Assembly (NCBI GenBank): GCA_963695095.1
Contig: CAVOFT010000001.1
Coordinates: forward strand, 1,312,001 to 1,376,000
DNA: 64,000 nt
Source: an uncultured bacterium
GTDB taxonomy: Bacteria; Krumholzibacteriota; Krumholzibacteriia; JACNKJ01
Direction of reading: 5' to 3'
Shown here: positions 45,417 through 54,324 of the stretch, in pieces
How the letters are laid out: every line of letters starts with the position of its first letter
How positions within the stretch are numbered: the stretch's first letter is position 1
The notes under the pieces: generated by a model
Told to the model about the DNA's origin: nothing
The model's database searches: none
What the model saw: only the letters and a program-made list of their open reading frames with translations
Position numbers and translations under genes: made by a program

Positions 45417-47273
45417 ATGTTCGCCAGGGAGAGACGCCGCGCCCCGCTGCCTCCGCGCGACGGCCTGCGGAGAGGATTCCGCTGCCGCAGCGGGGCGCTC
45501 CAGGCCTGGGCGGGCCTGCTGGTTGCATGCCTCTTGCTGGCCGTGCCGCGCTCCGCCGAGGCCGAGCCCAAGGTGAGCGCCATCCGGCACTGGACCGCTC
45601 CCGATCACACGCGGATCGTCCTCGACCTGGACAGCTCCTTCGATTATCGCGTCGCCACGCGCCCCTCCCCCGAGCGCGTCGTCATCGACTTGCCCGGCGC
45701 CCGCTTCGATTGCGGCACGGAGAATCGGCCGGTAGGGGACGATCTGCTCAATCGAATTCGCTGCAATCGCTTGGCCCATGGGGCTCAAGTAGTGCTTGAT
45801 CTGCGCGAGGATTTCCGGATCAGGTACTTCGCCCTGGACGCCATTCCGGGGGAGAAACCCCGCCGCCTGGTGGTGGACATCTTCCCGACCCGGCGCGGGG
45901 AGGCCGCGCCACCGCCGGCTTCGCCCAAGCCTGGCCTGCCCACGCCGCCCGCGGAGCGACCTCTCGCCGCGGCCGAGCCACCGGCAGCGGCGGTCCAGGA
46001 CTCTGCCCCCTCCGGCACCGCCGCCACCGGCCCTGCCGAGCCCGCCGCGGCGGCTGCGCCGGAGGCGCAGGCGGCCGCCGCGGACAGCAGCCCCGGCGGC
46101 CCGGGCGCAGCCGCCGCGGCGCCGGCAGGCGAGCTCGCCGCCGGCAGTCCGCCCGTCGAGCCAGCCGCCGCTGCCGCCGCTCCCCAGGCCGCCGCTCCCG
46201 CGCCCAGCGCCATCACCCTGGCCCCGCTGGGCGAGCGCGTCATCACCATCGCCATCGATCCCGGACACGGCGGTGAGGATCCGGGGGCCATCTACCGCGG
46301 CGAGCGCGAGAAGGACATCACCCTCGATATCGGCAAGCGCCTGCATCGTATTCTCGAGAACATGCCCGGCTACCGCCCTGTACTCACGCGCACGGGGGAC
46401 TACTACATCTCCCTGGGCCGGCGCCGCGAGCTGGCGGACAAGGCCCAGGGCGACCTCCTGATCAGCATCCACTGCAACACCGCGCCGAACCGGGGCGCGG
46501 GCGGCATCGAGCTCTACACGCTCTCCACGGAAGGGGCGACGAGCCGGCGGGCGCAGGCGCTCGCCGACCTCGAGAACCGCGCTGATCTCGTCGGCGGGAT
46601 CTTCCCGGGCGCCGGGGATGAGGAGTACAGGCTCGTCCTGTCCAAGCAGTTGAAGACGGCCATCGCGCGCAGCGGGCTGGTGGCCCAGGCGCTGCAGACG
46701 GAGGCCCGCCGCGATCCCGTCCTGCGCGCGAATCGGCGCCTGAAGCGGGCGGGCTTCGCCGTCTGCAAGATGGTCTCGATGCCCTCGGTGCTGGTCGAGG
46801 TGGGCTTCTTCACGAACGGCACGGACCTGCCCCTGCTGACGAGCGCGAAGGGCCGCCAGGCCTACGCGGAGTGGCTGGCGCGCGGCATCGACGCCTACTT
46901 CACCGAGTATCGCAGCACGCTCTTCGATCCCCTCTTCGCCCGTCGCGAGAAGCTCGTCTACAAGGTGAAGCCCGGCGACAACCTCTCCGGCATCGCCAAG
47001 CGCTTCGGGGTGAGCGTCGACGACCTCGTGCGGGTCAACCAGCTGACCCGCGCCGATCGCGTCCTCGCCGGTGAATTGCTGCTCGTCATGTCCGATCAGG
47101 CGGCGCCGGTGGTGCATCGGGTCAAGCCGGGCGAGAACCTCACCCTGATTGCCAAGCGCTACGGTGTGACGGTGGACTCGCTGCGCCAGACCAACCGGCT
47201 CCAGCGCAACGGCCTCATCCGGCCCGGGCAGGAGCTGGTCATCCTGCCTCTGGGCCGCGAGAAGGCCCCATGA
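45417..47273 (+). CDS. N-acetylmuramoyl-L-alanine amidase (AMIN, Amidase_3, 2 LysM)
   Basis: TRIVLDL/RLVVDI AMIN, Ala/Pro linker, IDPGHGGEDPGA, EKD, ISIHCN, LVEVGF, two VKPG-x-NL-x-x-IAKR LysM. Confidence 0.93.
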   Translation: MFARERRRAPLPPRDGLRRGFRCRSGALQAWAGLLVACLLLAVPRSAEAEPKVSAIRHWTAPDHTRIVLDLDSSFDYRVATRPSPERVVIDLPGARFDCGTENRPVGDDLLNRIRCNRLAHGAQVVLDLREDFRIRYFALDAIPGEKPRRLVVDIFPTRRGEAAPPPASPKPGLPTPPAERPLAAAEPPAAAVQDSAPSGTAATGPAEPAAAAAPEAQAAAADSSPGGPGAAAAAPAGELAAGSPPVEPAAAAAAPQAAAPAPSAITLAPLGERVITIAIDPGHGGEDPGAIYRGEREKDITLDIGKRLHRILENMPGYRPVLTRTGDYYISLGRRRELADKAQGDLLISIHCNTAPNRGAGGIELYTLSTEGATSRRAQALADLENRADLVGGIFPGAGDEEYRLVLSKQLKTAIARSGLVAQALQTEARRDPVLRANRRLKRAGFAVCKMVSMPSVLVEVGFFTNGTDLPLLTSAKGRQAYAEWLARGIDAYFTEYRSTLFDPLFARREKLVYKVKPGDNLSGIAKRFGVSVDDLVRVNQLTRADRVLAGELLLVMSDQAAPVVHRVKPGENLTLIAKRYGVTVDSLRQTNRLQRNGLIRPGQELVILPLGREKAP

Positions 47274-47941
47274 AGCTGCGCGCGCTCACCCGCCATCTGC
47301 CCATCCGCATCACGAGCCTGGTGCTGGCGACCCTGCTCTGGGCGATGGTATCCGGGCAGCGCGAGGAGATCCGCACGCTGCGCGTGCCCCTGGACCTGCC
47401 GCTCTTGCCCGACTCGCTGATGTACCTGGAGGCGCCGCCCAAGGACGTGCAGGTGACCCTGCGCGCCAGCGGGCGCAAGCTCTTCTGGCTGCGCCTGAAG
47501 CCGCCCAGCCTGCGGCCGGGAATCAGCCTGCAGGCCACGACGGAGCCGGTCACGCTGCGCCTGCGCGAAGAGCTGCTCGACCTGCCGCTGCAGTTCAGCG
47601 GGGCCGTGACGGACATTACCCCGGCCACGCTGCGCATCCAGCTGGCGGCAGTGGCGGAGAAGGTGGTACCGGTGAAGGTGGTCGTGGGCAAGGAGCCCCG
47701 GCATCCCCTGCGCCTGGCCCTCGGCAGCGGACCCCTTGCCACGCCGGGCCAGGTGCGGGTGCGGGGCCCGCGCGAGCGCGTCAGCCGTATGCCCTGGGTA
47801 CGCACCGAGTTTCTCGACCTGTCCGACGCCACGCGCAGCGGCGAGCGCGAAATCGCGCTGGAGGCGCCGGATTCCCTGCTCCGCTTCACGCCGGCGACGG
47901 TGCTGGTGCGCTACGAAATCGAGGCCTGGCAGCCGGAGTGA
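47270..47941 (+). CDS. CdaR/YbbR-like membrane-anchored protein
   Basis: SLVLATLLWAMV TM typical of YbbR, P-x-x-V-x-V-x-L, K-x-VPV, P-x-QV-x-V-x-GP; ATGA overlap with the amidase stop. Confidence 0.72.
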   Translation: MKLRALTRHLPIRITSLVLATLLWAMVSGQREEIRTLRVPLDLPLLPDSLMYLEAPPKDVQVTLRASGRKLFWLRLKPPSLRPGISLQATTEPVTLRLREELLDLPLQFSGAVTDITPATLRIQLAAVAEKVVPVKVVVGKEPRHPLRLALGSGPLATPGQVRVRGPRERVSRMPWVRTEFLDLSDATRSGEREIALEAPDSLLRFTPATVLVRYEIEAWQPE

Positions 47942-47953
47942 CCCCCACCCAGC

Positions 47954-47982
47954 TTGACGCCGGGAGGGGGTGACCCTAGACT
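47954..47982 (+). promoter_or_regulatory. Sigma70-like promoter
   Basis: TTGACG-17 nt-TAGACT upstream of the PTS IIA gene. Confidence 0.65.
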
Positions 47983-48012
47983 GCACTTAGCTCAAGGGAG
48001 GCACCACCGGGA

Positions 48013-48471
48013 ATGCTACTTTCCGAACTCCTCAAGGAAGACTCCATCCATCTGGACCTCACCAGCACCGACAAGCCAACCCTCTTCCAGGACGCCCTCA
48101 GCCGCCTGCACGCTCGCGGCCACGTGAGCGAACCGGCCATGGTTCTCCAGGATCTCGAAGTGCGCGAGAAGATCATGAGCACGGGCATCGGCCAGGGCGT
48201 CGCCATTCCCCACGCCCAGTCCGAAGGCGTGCCGGTCACCCACCTCTCGCTATGGCGTCCGCGGCGGCCCGTGGAGTTCGAGGCCATGGACGAGCAGCCG
48301 GTGGATCTCATCTTCATGATCCTCGGGCCGCGCGGCATCGGCAACGAGCACGTGAAGATCCTCGCCAAGATCTCCCGCCTCCTCCACGGCTCCGATTTTC
48401 GCGAGCGCCTGCGCCGCGCCGCCACGCCGGCGGACGTGCTCGCGACGATCCGCGACTTCGAAGCAAGCTGA
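48013..48471 (+). CDS. ptsN: PTS IIA domain protein (EIIA-Ntr/Fru type)
   Basis: REKIMSTGIGQGVAIPHA phospho-His motif, D-x-QPV-x-LIF, H-x-KILA-x-IS. Confidence 0.85.
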   Translation: MLLSELLKEDSIHLDLTSTDKPTLFQDALSRLHARGHVSEPAMVLQDLEVREKIMSTGIGQGVAIPHAQSEGVPVTHLSLWRPRRPVEFEAMDEQPVDLIFMILGPRGIGNEHVKILAKISRLLHGSDFRERLRRAATPADVLATIRDFEAS

Positions 48472-48573
48472 GTACCCGCCGGCGGCCGCGGCGCCTGCGC
48501 CCCGGCGCAGCCGCCGGGGCCATCGCCGCCGGGCGCTTCCACCTCTCCCGACGGCTCCCGACTAGGAATTGCG

Positions 48574-48948
48574 ATGCGAAGGCTCTGGCTGCTATACCTC
48601 GTCCTGATCTTCGGCCTTTCATCGATCCCGGCCGACCCGCGGCCGCAGGGTGCCCCTCTGTTCATCGACAAGGTGGCGCACTTCGTCCTCTACTGCGGGT
48701 TCGGCTATGTCTTCGCCCGCAGTGAGGACGGCCGGCGCCGCCGCGGCCTCTGGCCACTGCTCGCTGCGGCGTTGCTGGCGGCGCTGGTGGGCATGGTCGA
48801 CGAATTCTACCAGGGGTTCGTGCCCAATCGCAGCCGCGAGCTGGCCGATTGGCTGGCGGATCTCGCGGGCGGCGCCTGCGGCGGCCTGCTGGGTCTGGGC
48901 AGCGGCGGCCCTGCTGCCGCCGAGCGCGAAAGTGAGATCAGGCGATGA
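48574..48948 (+). CDS. VanZ-like membrane protein
   Basis: LIFGLSSIP, DKVAH, DEFYQGFVPNR, DWLAD. Confidence 0.85.
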   Translation: MRRLWLLYLVLIFGLSSIPADPRPQGAPLFIDKVAHFVLYCGFGYVFARSEDGRRRRGLWPLLAAALLAALVGMVDEFYQGFVPNRSRELADWLADLAGGACGGLLGLGSGGPAAAERESEIRR

Positions 48949-50231
48949 GATTCCAGCGCCCCCGCGGCACCTACGACCGGACGCCAGAAGCCAGTCCGCT
49001 CTGGCGCCAGCTCCGCCTGCTCTTCGACCGGCTCGCGGTTCAGTTCGGCTATGCGGAGGTCGACCCGCCGATCTTCGAGCACACGGAGCTCTTCACGCGA
49101 GCGGTGGGTGAGGCCACCGACGTCGTCAGCAAGGAGATGTACACCTTTCCGGACCGGAAGGGACGCAGCCTCTCCTTGCGGCCGGAAGCGACGGCCGGCG
49201 TCGTTCGCCTCGTCCTCGAGAACAGCCTGCTGGCAGCCGGCGGGCTCCTGCGCCTGGCCTACTGGGGCCCCATGTTCCGCTACGACCGCCCCCAGGCCGG
49301 CCGCTTCCGCCAGTTCGTGCAGCTGGGCATCGAGGCCTTCGGCAGCGCCAGCCCTGCGATGGACGCCGAGGTGATCGAGCTGTTCGTGGGCCTCCTGCGC
49401 GAGGTGGGGCTCGCCGAGTTGCGGGTGGATCTGGGCAGCGTGGGCGACAGCTGCTGTCGTCCTGCCTATGAGGACGCCCTGCGCGTCTTCCTCGCCGGCG
49501 TGGACGGGGAGCTCTGCCCCACCTGCCGGGAGCGGCGGGAGGCGAACCCCCTGCGCGTCTTCGACTGCAAGCTGCCGGCCTGCCAGGCAGTCTTGGTGGC
49601 GGCGCCGCGGATCATGGATCAGCTCTGCCTCGAATGCCGCAATCACCGTGATCGGCTCGAGTCGCTGCTCAGCGAGCGCGGCGTGCCCTTCCGGCGCGAT
49701 CGCGATGTCGTGCGCGGCCTCGACTACTACACGCGCACGGTCTTCGAGGTGCACTACCCCGCGCTCGGCGCGCAGAGCGCTCTCGGCGGCGGCGGCCGCT
49801 ACGACCGCCTCGTCGAGGCCTGCGGCGGGCCGCCGACCCCGGCGGTGGGTTTCTCGGCGGGTCTGGAGCGCCTGGTCTGGGCCATCGGCAACGAGCGCAC
49901 CCTCGGTCCCCGCGAGCTCAGCGAGCGCGGCGCCTACCTCGTGCTGCTCAGCCCGGCGGCCGAGGCGCCGGCGGCCCGCATCGCGGCGCGCCTGCGGGCG
50001 AGCATCCCGGCGGAAGTGGATTACAGCGGCCGCGGGCTGAAAGCGCAGCTCAGGAGCGCCAACCAGCGCGGCGCCCGCTTCGCCATCCTTCTCGGCGAGG
50101 AGGAACTGGCGGCACATGCCGTCACCGTGAAGGATCTGGATTCCGGCGAGCAGAAGGCCCTGCCGGAAGAAAACCTGCTCGAGCTGATCCAGGCCTGGAC
50201 CGCTGGCATGCCGCCGGCGCCCCGGCCCTGA
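48945..50231 (+). CDS. hisS: Histidine--tRNA ligase
   Basis: KEMYTF, LRPEATA, FRYDRPQAGRFRQF, RGLDYY, GGGRYD. Confidence 0.97.
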   Translation: MRFQRPRGTYDRTPEASPLWRQLRLLFDRLAVQFGYAEVDPPIFEHTELFTRAVGEATDVVSKEMYTFPDRKGRSLSLRPEATAGVVRLVLENSLLAAGGLLRLAYWGPMFRYDRPQAGRFRQFVQLGIEAFGSASPAMDAEVIELFVGLLREVGLAELRVDLGSVGDSCCRPAYEDALRVFLAGVDGELCPTCRERREANPLRVFDCKLPACQAVLVAAPRIMDQLCLECRNHRDRLESLLSERGVPFRRDRDVVRGLDYYTRTVFEVHYPALGAQSALGGGGRYDRLVEACGGPPTPAVGFSAGLERLVWAIGNERTLGPRELSERGAYLVLLSPAAEAPAARIAARLRASIPAEVDYSGRGLKAQLRSANQRGARFAILLGEEELAAHAVTVKDLDSGEQKALPEENLLELIQAWTAGMPPAPRP

Positions 50232-50265
50232 TTCCGTCCTTTCCCCAGCGATCGGAGGCAGAAGG

Positions 50266-52059
50266 GTGCTGGACAACCTGGGCGAGTGGCGACGCAGCGA
50301 CGACTGCGCCGCGCTGCGCGGCGCCGATACCGGGCGCGAAGTGACCCTGATGGGCTGGGTGCACCGGCGCCGGGATCACGGCAACCTCGTCTTCATCGAT
50401 CTGCGGGATCGGAGCGGCCTCTGCCAGGTGGTCTTTGCCGGCGAGGACGAGGAGCTGGCCGAGCGCTTGCGGCCCCTGCGCAGCGAGTGGGTGCTCGCCG
50501 TGCGCGGCACCCTGCGCCGCCGGCCGCCGGAGATGGTGAACGCCGATCTGCCCAGCGGAGAGATCGAGCTGGTGGCCAGCGAGCTGCGCGTGCTCAACGG
50601 CAGCCTGACGCCGCCCTTTCCGATCGAATCCTTCCAGGAGGGCGAGGTCGGCGACGACCTGCGCCTGAAGTATCGCTACCTGGATCTGCGCCGGCGCGAG
50701 ATGCAGTCCCGCATGCGCTTCCGGCACGACGTGACCCTGGCCGTGCGCGAGCAACTCGCACGCGAGGGCTTTCTCGAGATCGAAACGCCCCTGCTCATCC
50801 GCAGCACGCCCGAGGGCGCGCGCGACTACGTGGTGCCCAGCCGCGTCCAGCCGGGCCAATTCTATGCCCTGCCCCAGAGTCCGCAGCTGTACAAGCAGCT
50901 GCTGATGGTGGCCGGCTACGAGAAGTACTTCCAGATCGCGCACTGCCTGCGCGACGAGGACCTGCGCGGCGACCGCCAGCCCGAGCACACCCAGATCGAC
51001 ATGGAGATGAGCTTCGTCGGCGAGGACGAGGTGTTCGCGGTGGTGGAGCGCATGCTGCAGGCGGTCTTCCGCGAGGTGCTGGGCCGCGAGCTGCCCCTGC
51101 CCTTCCCGCGCCTGAGCTACGAGGAGGCGATGGCGCGCTTCGGCAGCGACAAGCCGGACCTGCGCTTCGGGCTCGAGCTGGTCGACCTGGGCGCCGTGGC
51201 GGCGCGCACCGAGTTCACGGCCTTCACCGGCGCGCTGGCCGCAGGCGGGGTCGTGCGCGGCCTCTGCGTGCCGGGCGGCGCCGCCTTCTCGCGCAAGGAG
51301 ATCGACGAGCTCGAAGCCGTGGCCAAGACCTACCGCGCCAAGGGTCTGGCCTGGGCCAAGCGCGGGGCGGAGGGGCTGAGCGGCGGCGCGGCCAAGTTCT
51401 TCCCGGGCGCCCTCGGCGAGGCGCTGATCCAGGCCGGCGGGATGGGAGAGGGCGACCTCCTGCTCATGGTCGCCGATCGCGGGGAGACGGCCGCCACGGC
51501 CCTCGGCGCCGTCCGCAGCGCCCTGGGCGCCAAGCTGGGGCTCGCGACCGGCCGGGACTACCGCTTCCTCTGGATCCACCGCTTCCCGCTCTTCGAGCGC
51601 GACGAGGCGGGCCTCTGGCAGGCCATGCACCATCTCTTCACCATGCCCTACCCGGAGGACATTCCGTTCCTGGAAACGGATCCCGGTCGGGTTCACGGCC
51701 AGCTCTACGATCTCGTGTGCAACGGCGTCGAGCTGGCGAGCGGCAGCATCCGAATCCACCGGCGCGACATCCAGGAGCGCGTGATGGCCGTGGTCGGCAT
51801 CGGCAAGGAGGAGGCCGAACGACGCTTCGGCTTTCTCCTCAGCGCCTTCGACTACGGCGCTCCGCCCCACGGGGGCATCGCCCCGGGGCTCGATCGCCTC
51901 TTGATGGTGCTGGACGGCGGCGCCTCCATTCGCGACTACATCGCCTTCCCGAAGACCCTGCAGGGCAAATGCCTCATGGTGGGCAGCCCGGCGCCCCTGG
52001 AGCCTGTGCAGCTGGAGGAGCTGCGCTTGCAGTTGCGGCCGGGGGACGCCGACGCCTAA
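50266..52059 (+). CDS. aspS: Aspartate--tRNA ligase
   Basis: GWVHRRRDHG, RLKYRYLDLRR, TPEGARDY, LPQSPQ, RDEDLR-x-DRQPE, GAPPHGG. Confidence 0.97.
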   Translation: MLDNLGEWRRSDDCAALRGADTGREVTLMGWVHRRRDHGNLVFIDLRDRSGLCQVVFAGEDEELAERLRPLRSEWVLAVRGTLRRRPPEMVNADLPSGEIELVASELRVLNGSLTPPFPIESFQEGEVGDDLRLKYRYLDLRRREMQSRMRFRHDVTLAVREQLAREGFLEIETPLLIRSTPEGARDYVVPSRVQPGQFYALPQSPQLYKQLLMVAGYEKYFQIAHCLRDEDLRGDRQPEHTQIDMEMSFVGEDEVFAVVERMLQAVFREVLGRELPLPFPRLSYEEAMARFGSDKPDLRFGLELVDLGAVAARTEFTAFTGALAAGGVVRGLCVPGGAAFSRKEIDELEAVAKTYRAKGLAWAKRGAEGLSGGAAKFFPGALGEALIQAGGMGEGDLLLMVADRGETAATALGAVRSALGAKLGLATGRDYRFLWIHRFPLFERDEAGLWQAMHHLFTMPYPEDIPFLETDPGRVHGQLYDLVCNGVELASGSIRIHRRDIQERVMAVVGIGKEEAERRFGFLLSAFDYGAPPHGGIAPGLDRLLMVLDGGASIRDYIAFPKTLQGKCLMVGSPAPLEPVQLEELRLQLRPGDADA

Positions 52060-52106
52060 GTCATCCGCTACGATGAGGTTGCGGCTTCGCAGTGCCCAGA
52101 TAGTCC

Positions 52107-52135
52107 TTGACAGTGCCCAGGCGGCAACCTAGAGT
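52107..52135 (+). promoter_or_regulatory. Sigma70-like promoter flanked by a CAGTGCCCAG direct repeat
   Basis: TTGACA-17 nt-TAGAGT; CAGTGCCCAG at 52090-52099 and 52111-52120. Confidence 0.6.
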
Positions 52136-52223
52136 TAGCGCTGTTGAGTTGTTGGTACAAACGCTTTCAGGAAAAGGGTTTAACCTGCCAAGAGCGCTTC
52201 GCTCCCGCCCAGGAGGATCGGCT

Positions 52224-52523
52224 CTGAGCACTCGGTCGAGTCGCTCGCGTACCGCCTGGTTCCTCGCCCTCCCGCTGGCCTTGCTCGCGGCCGGTTGCGG
52301 CACGCCGCCGCCCTGCAACGTGAAGCCCGCCCAGATCGAGGCGGCCCGGCTGGAGGCTGCGGCCACGGCGACCGGCGAGGCGGACGAGGCTGCGGCGCGC
52401 GCCGAACTCGAGCAGGCCATCGCCGCCCACAAGCTCGCGATCCAGGCTGCCGCCGACTCCAGCGCCGAGCGCTCCGCGCTCGAACAGCGCCTCGTCGAAC
52501 TCAAGCAAGGCAGCGGTCGCTAG
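52224..52523 (+). CDS. Small coiled-coil lipoprotein, probable CTG start
   Basis: AGGAGG at 52211-52216 then CTG 7 nt later; basic N-region, LAAGC lipobox, Ala/Glu-rich helix. Confidence 0.65.
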   Translation: MSTRSSRSRTAWFLALPLALLAAGCGTPPPCNVKPAQIEAARLEAAATATGEADEAAARAELEQAIAAHKLAIQAAADSSAERSALEQRLVELKQGSGR

Positions 52524-52546
52524 GTGCGCGCGGCAGGGGAGCAGGG

Positions 52547-53242
52547 ATGAAATCCACGACTCGCGCCATGCTGCTCCTGGCCGCCGTCGCGAGTCTGGCG
52601 GCGCTGCTCGCGACCGCCGGCTGCAGCCGGCCCGTGCTGCGCCAGGCCGACGTGGCGGCGGGCGACTACTACAGCGAAGCTGAGTACGACCGCCTCTCCA
52701 GCGAGCAGCGCGAGCGCTACTGCGCGGATCTGGCGGCCGAACTCGATCGCGTCCGCGTCCCCCGGGCGTCCACGCCCGCAGTCAGCGAGGACGCGGAATT
52801 GCAGCAGCTGCGGGCGGAGCTGGCGCGGCTCCAGGTGCTGGTGCTGGGCGCGGAGAGCGACTTCAGCGCCCTTCGCGCCGAGATCGCCGCCTACGAAGCG
52901 CTGCCGGACAGCTACCTCGTGCAGCCCGGCGACGACCTGATGGGCATCGCCGCCCAGGAGCAGATCTACGCCGATCCCCGCAAGTGGCCGCGCCTGGCGC
53001 GGGCGAATCGGGAGCGGATCGCCGACCCCAGCCGCATCCACCCGCAGCAGCTGCTCTACGTGCCGCGCGACTGGCCGCGCCAGCACCGCGTGGTGACCGG
53101 CGAATGGCTGAGCAAGATCGCCGGCTACTGGGAGATCTACGACGATGCGCTGGCCTGGCCGCGGCTCTACGAGGCGAATCGCGACCAGATCGCCGATCCC
53201 GACCTGATCCGACCCGATCAGGTCCTGACCGTGCCACGCTAG
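52547..53242 (+). CDS. Lipoprotein with coiled coil and two LysM domains
   Basis: ATAGC lipobox; YLVQPGDDL-x-x-IA...WPRL...I-x-DP-x-x-I-x-P-x-Q occurs twice. Confidence 0.88.
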   Translation: MKSTTRAMLLLAAVASLAALLATAGCSRPVLRQADVAAGDYYSEAEYDRLSSEQRERYCADLAAELDRVRVPRASTPAVSEDAELQQLRAELARLQVLVLGAESDFSALRAEIAAYEALPDSYLVQPGDDLMGIAAQEQIYADPRKWPRLARANRERIADPSRIHPQQLLYVPRDWPRQHRVVTGEWLSKIAGYWEIYDDALAWPRLYEANRDQIADPDLIRPDQVLTVPR

Positions 53243-53334
53243 CGGGCAGCACTGCGGCGGCCGCCGCAGCGCCGACGGCATGCACCGCAGATCCGGCGCC
53301 CCCCGCGCCGGAGCCGCTTGCGCGAAGGACGCCC

Positions 53335-54324
53335 GTGTCGAAGGAACACAGCGAGACACTCTCCTTGGCCGATGTCGACGCCCTCAACCTGCTGGGGGTC
53401 GGCGATCGCCATCTCAAGATCCTGGCCGAGGATTTCCCCGGGCGCATCACGGTCCGCGGCGACAAGGTGCTGCTGACGGGGCCGCGCGCCCGCGTCGAGG
53501 ACATGGCGGCCGTGCTGCTGGAGCTCATCGAGCTGGCCAAGACGGGCCGTGCCCTCTCCGATCAGGACATCCACTATGCGCTGGGCCTGCGCGGGTCCCA
53601 GCCCGAGCGCCGTCCCCCCGAGGCGGAGGGGGCCGTCTTCCAGACGGCGCGCGGCGCGCTGGTCACGCCCAAGACTCCGGGCCAGCGGCTCTACGTCGAG
53701 GCGATGGCGGCCTACGACATCGTCTTCGTCATCGGGCCGGCCGGCACGGGCAAGAGCTACCTGGCCATCGCCCAGGGCCTGGCCCTGCTGCGCGAGCGCA
53801 AGGTCGAGCGCCTGCTCCTCGTGCGGCCGGCCGTCGAGGCCGGCGAGAGCCTGGGCTTCCTGCCCGGCGATTTGCAGGAGAAGATCGATCCCTACATCCG
53901 CCCGCTCTACGATGCCCTCACGGATCTCGTCGGCGCCGCGCGCACGAAGCGTCTCATCGAGAGCGGCGCGGTCGAGGCGCTGCCCCTGGCCTACATGCGC
54001 GGCCGGACGCTGAACTCGGCCTACGTGGTGCTCGACGAAGCGCAGAACACCACGATGATGCAGATGAAGATGTTCCTCACCCGCCTGGGCAACGGCAGCC
54101 AGGCCGTCATCACGGGGGACATCACCCAGATCGACCTCGAGCGGCCCGAGGGCTCGGGCCTCATCGCCGCTCGCCGCCTGCTCGCCGATATCGACGGCAT
54201 TCGCTTCATCGAGCTCGACGAGAACGACGTCGTCCGCCACCATCTGGTGCGGCGCATCATCGCGGCCTTCGAGCAGGCATCGGCCGCCAAGCCGGCGCCG
54301 GCTACCCCCGAAGGGACAGCATGA
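53335..54324 (+). CDS. phoH: PhoH-family ATPase
   Basis: GPAGTGKSYLA, RPAVEAGE-x-LGFLPGD, AYMRGRTL, LDEAQN, GDITQIDL, DVVRH. Confidence 0.95.
   Translation: MSKEHSETLSLADVDALNLLGVGDRHLKILAEDFPGRITVRGDKVLLTGPRARVEDMAAVLLELIELAKTGRALSDQDIHYALGLRGSQPERRPPEAEGAVFQTARGALVTPKTPGQRLYVEAMAAYDIVFVIGPAGTGKSYLAIAQGLALLRERKVERLLLVRPAVEAGESLGFLPGDLQEKIDPYIRPLYDALTDLVGAARTKRLIESGAVEALPLAYMRGRTLNSAYVVLDEAQNTTMMQMKMFLTRLGNGSQAVITGDITQIDLERPEGSGLIAARRLLADIDGIRFIELDENDVVRHHLVRRIIAAFEQASAAKPAPATPEGTA

Noticed and set aside
45890..46210. Repeat-like GC-rich tract in the amidase (similar tract in E2 at 19840-20020)
   Set aside because: Ordinary Ala/Pro linkers, not tandem repeats or CRISPR.
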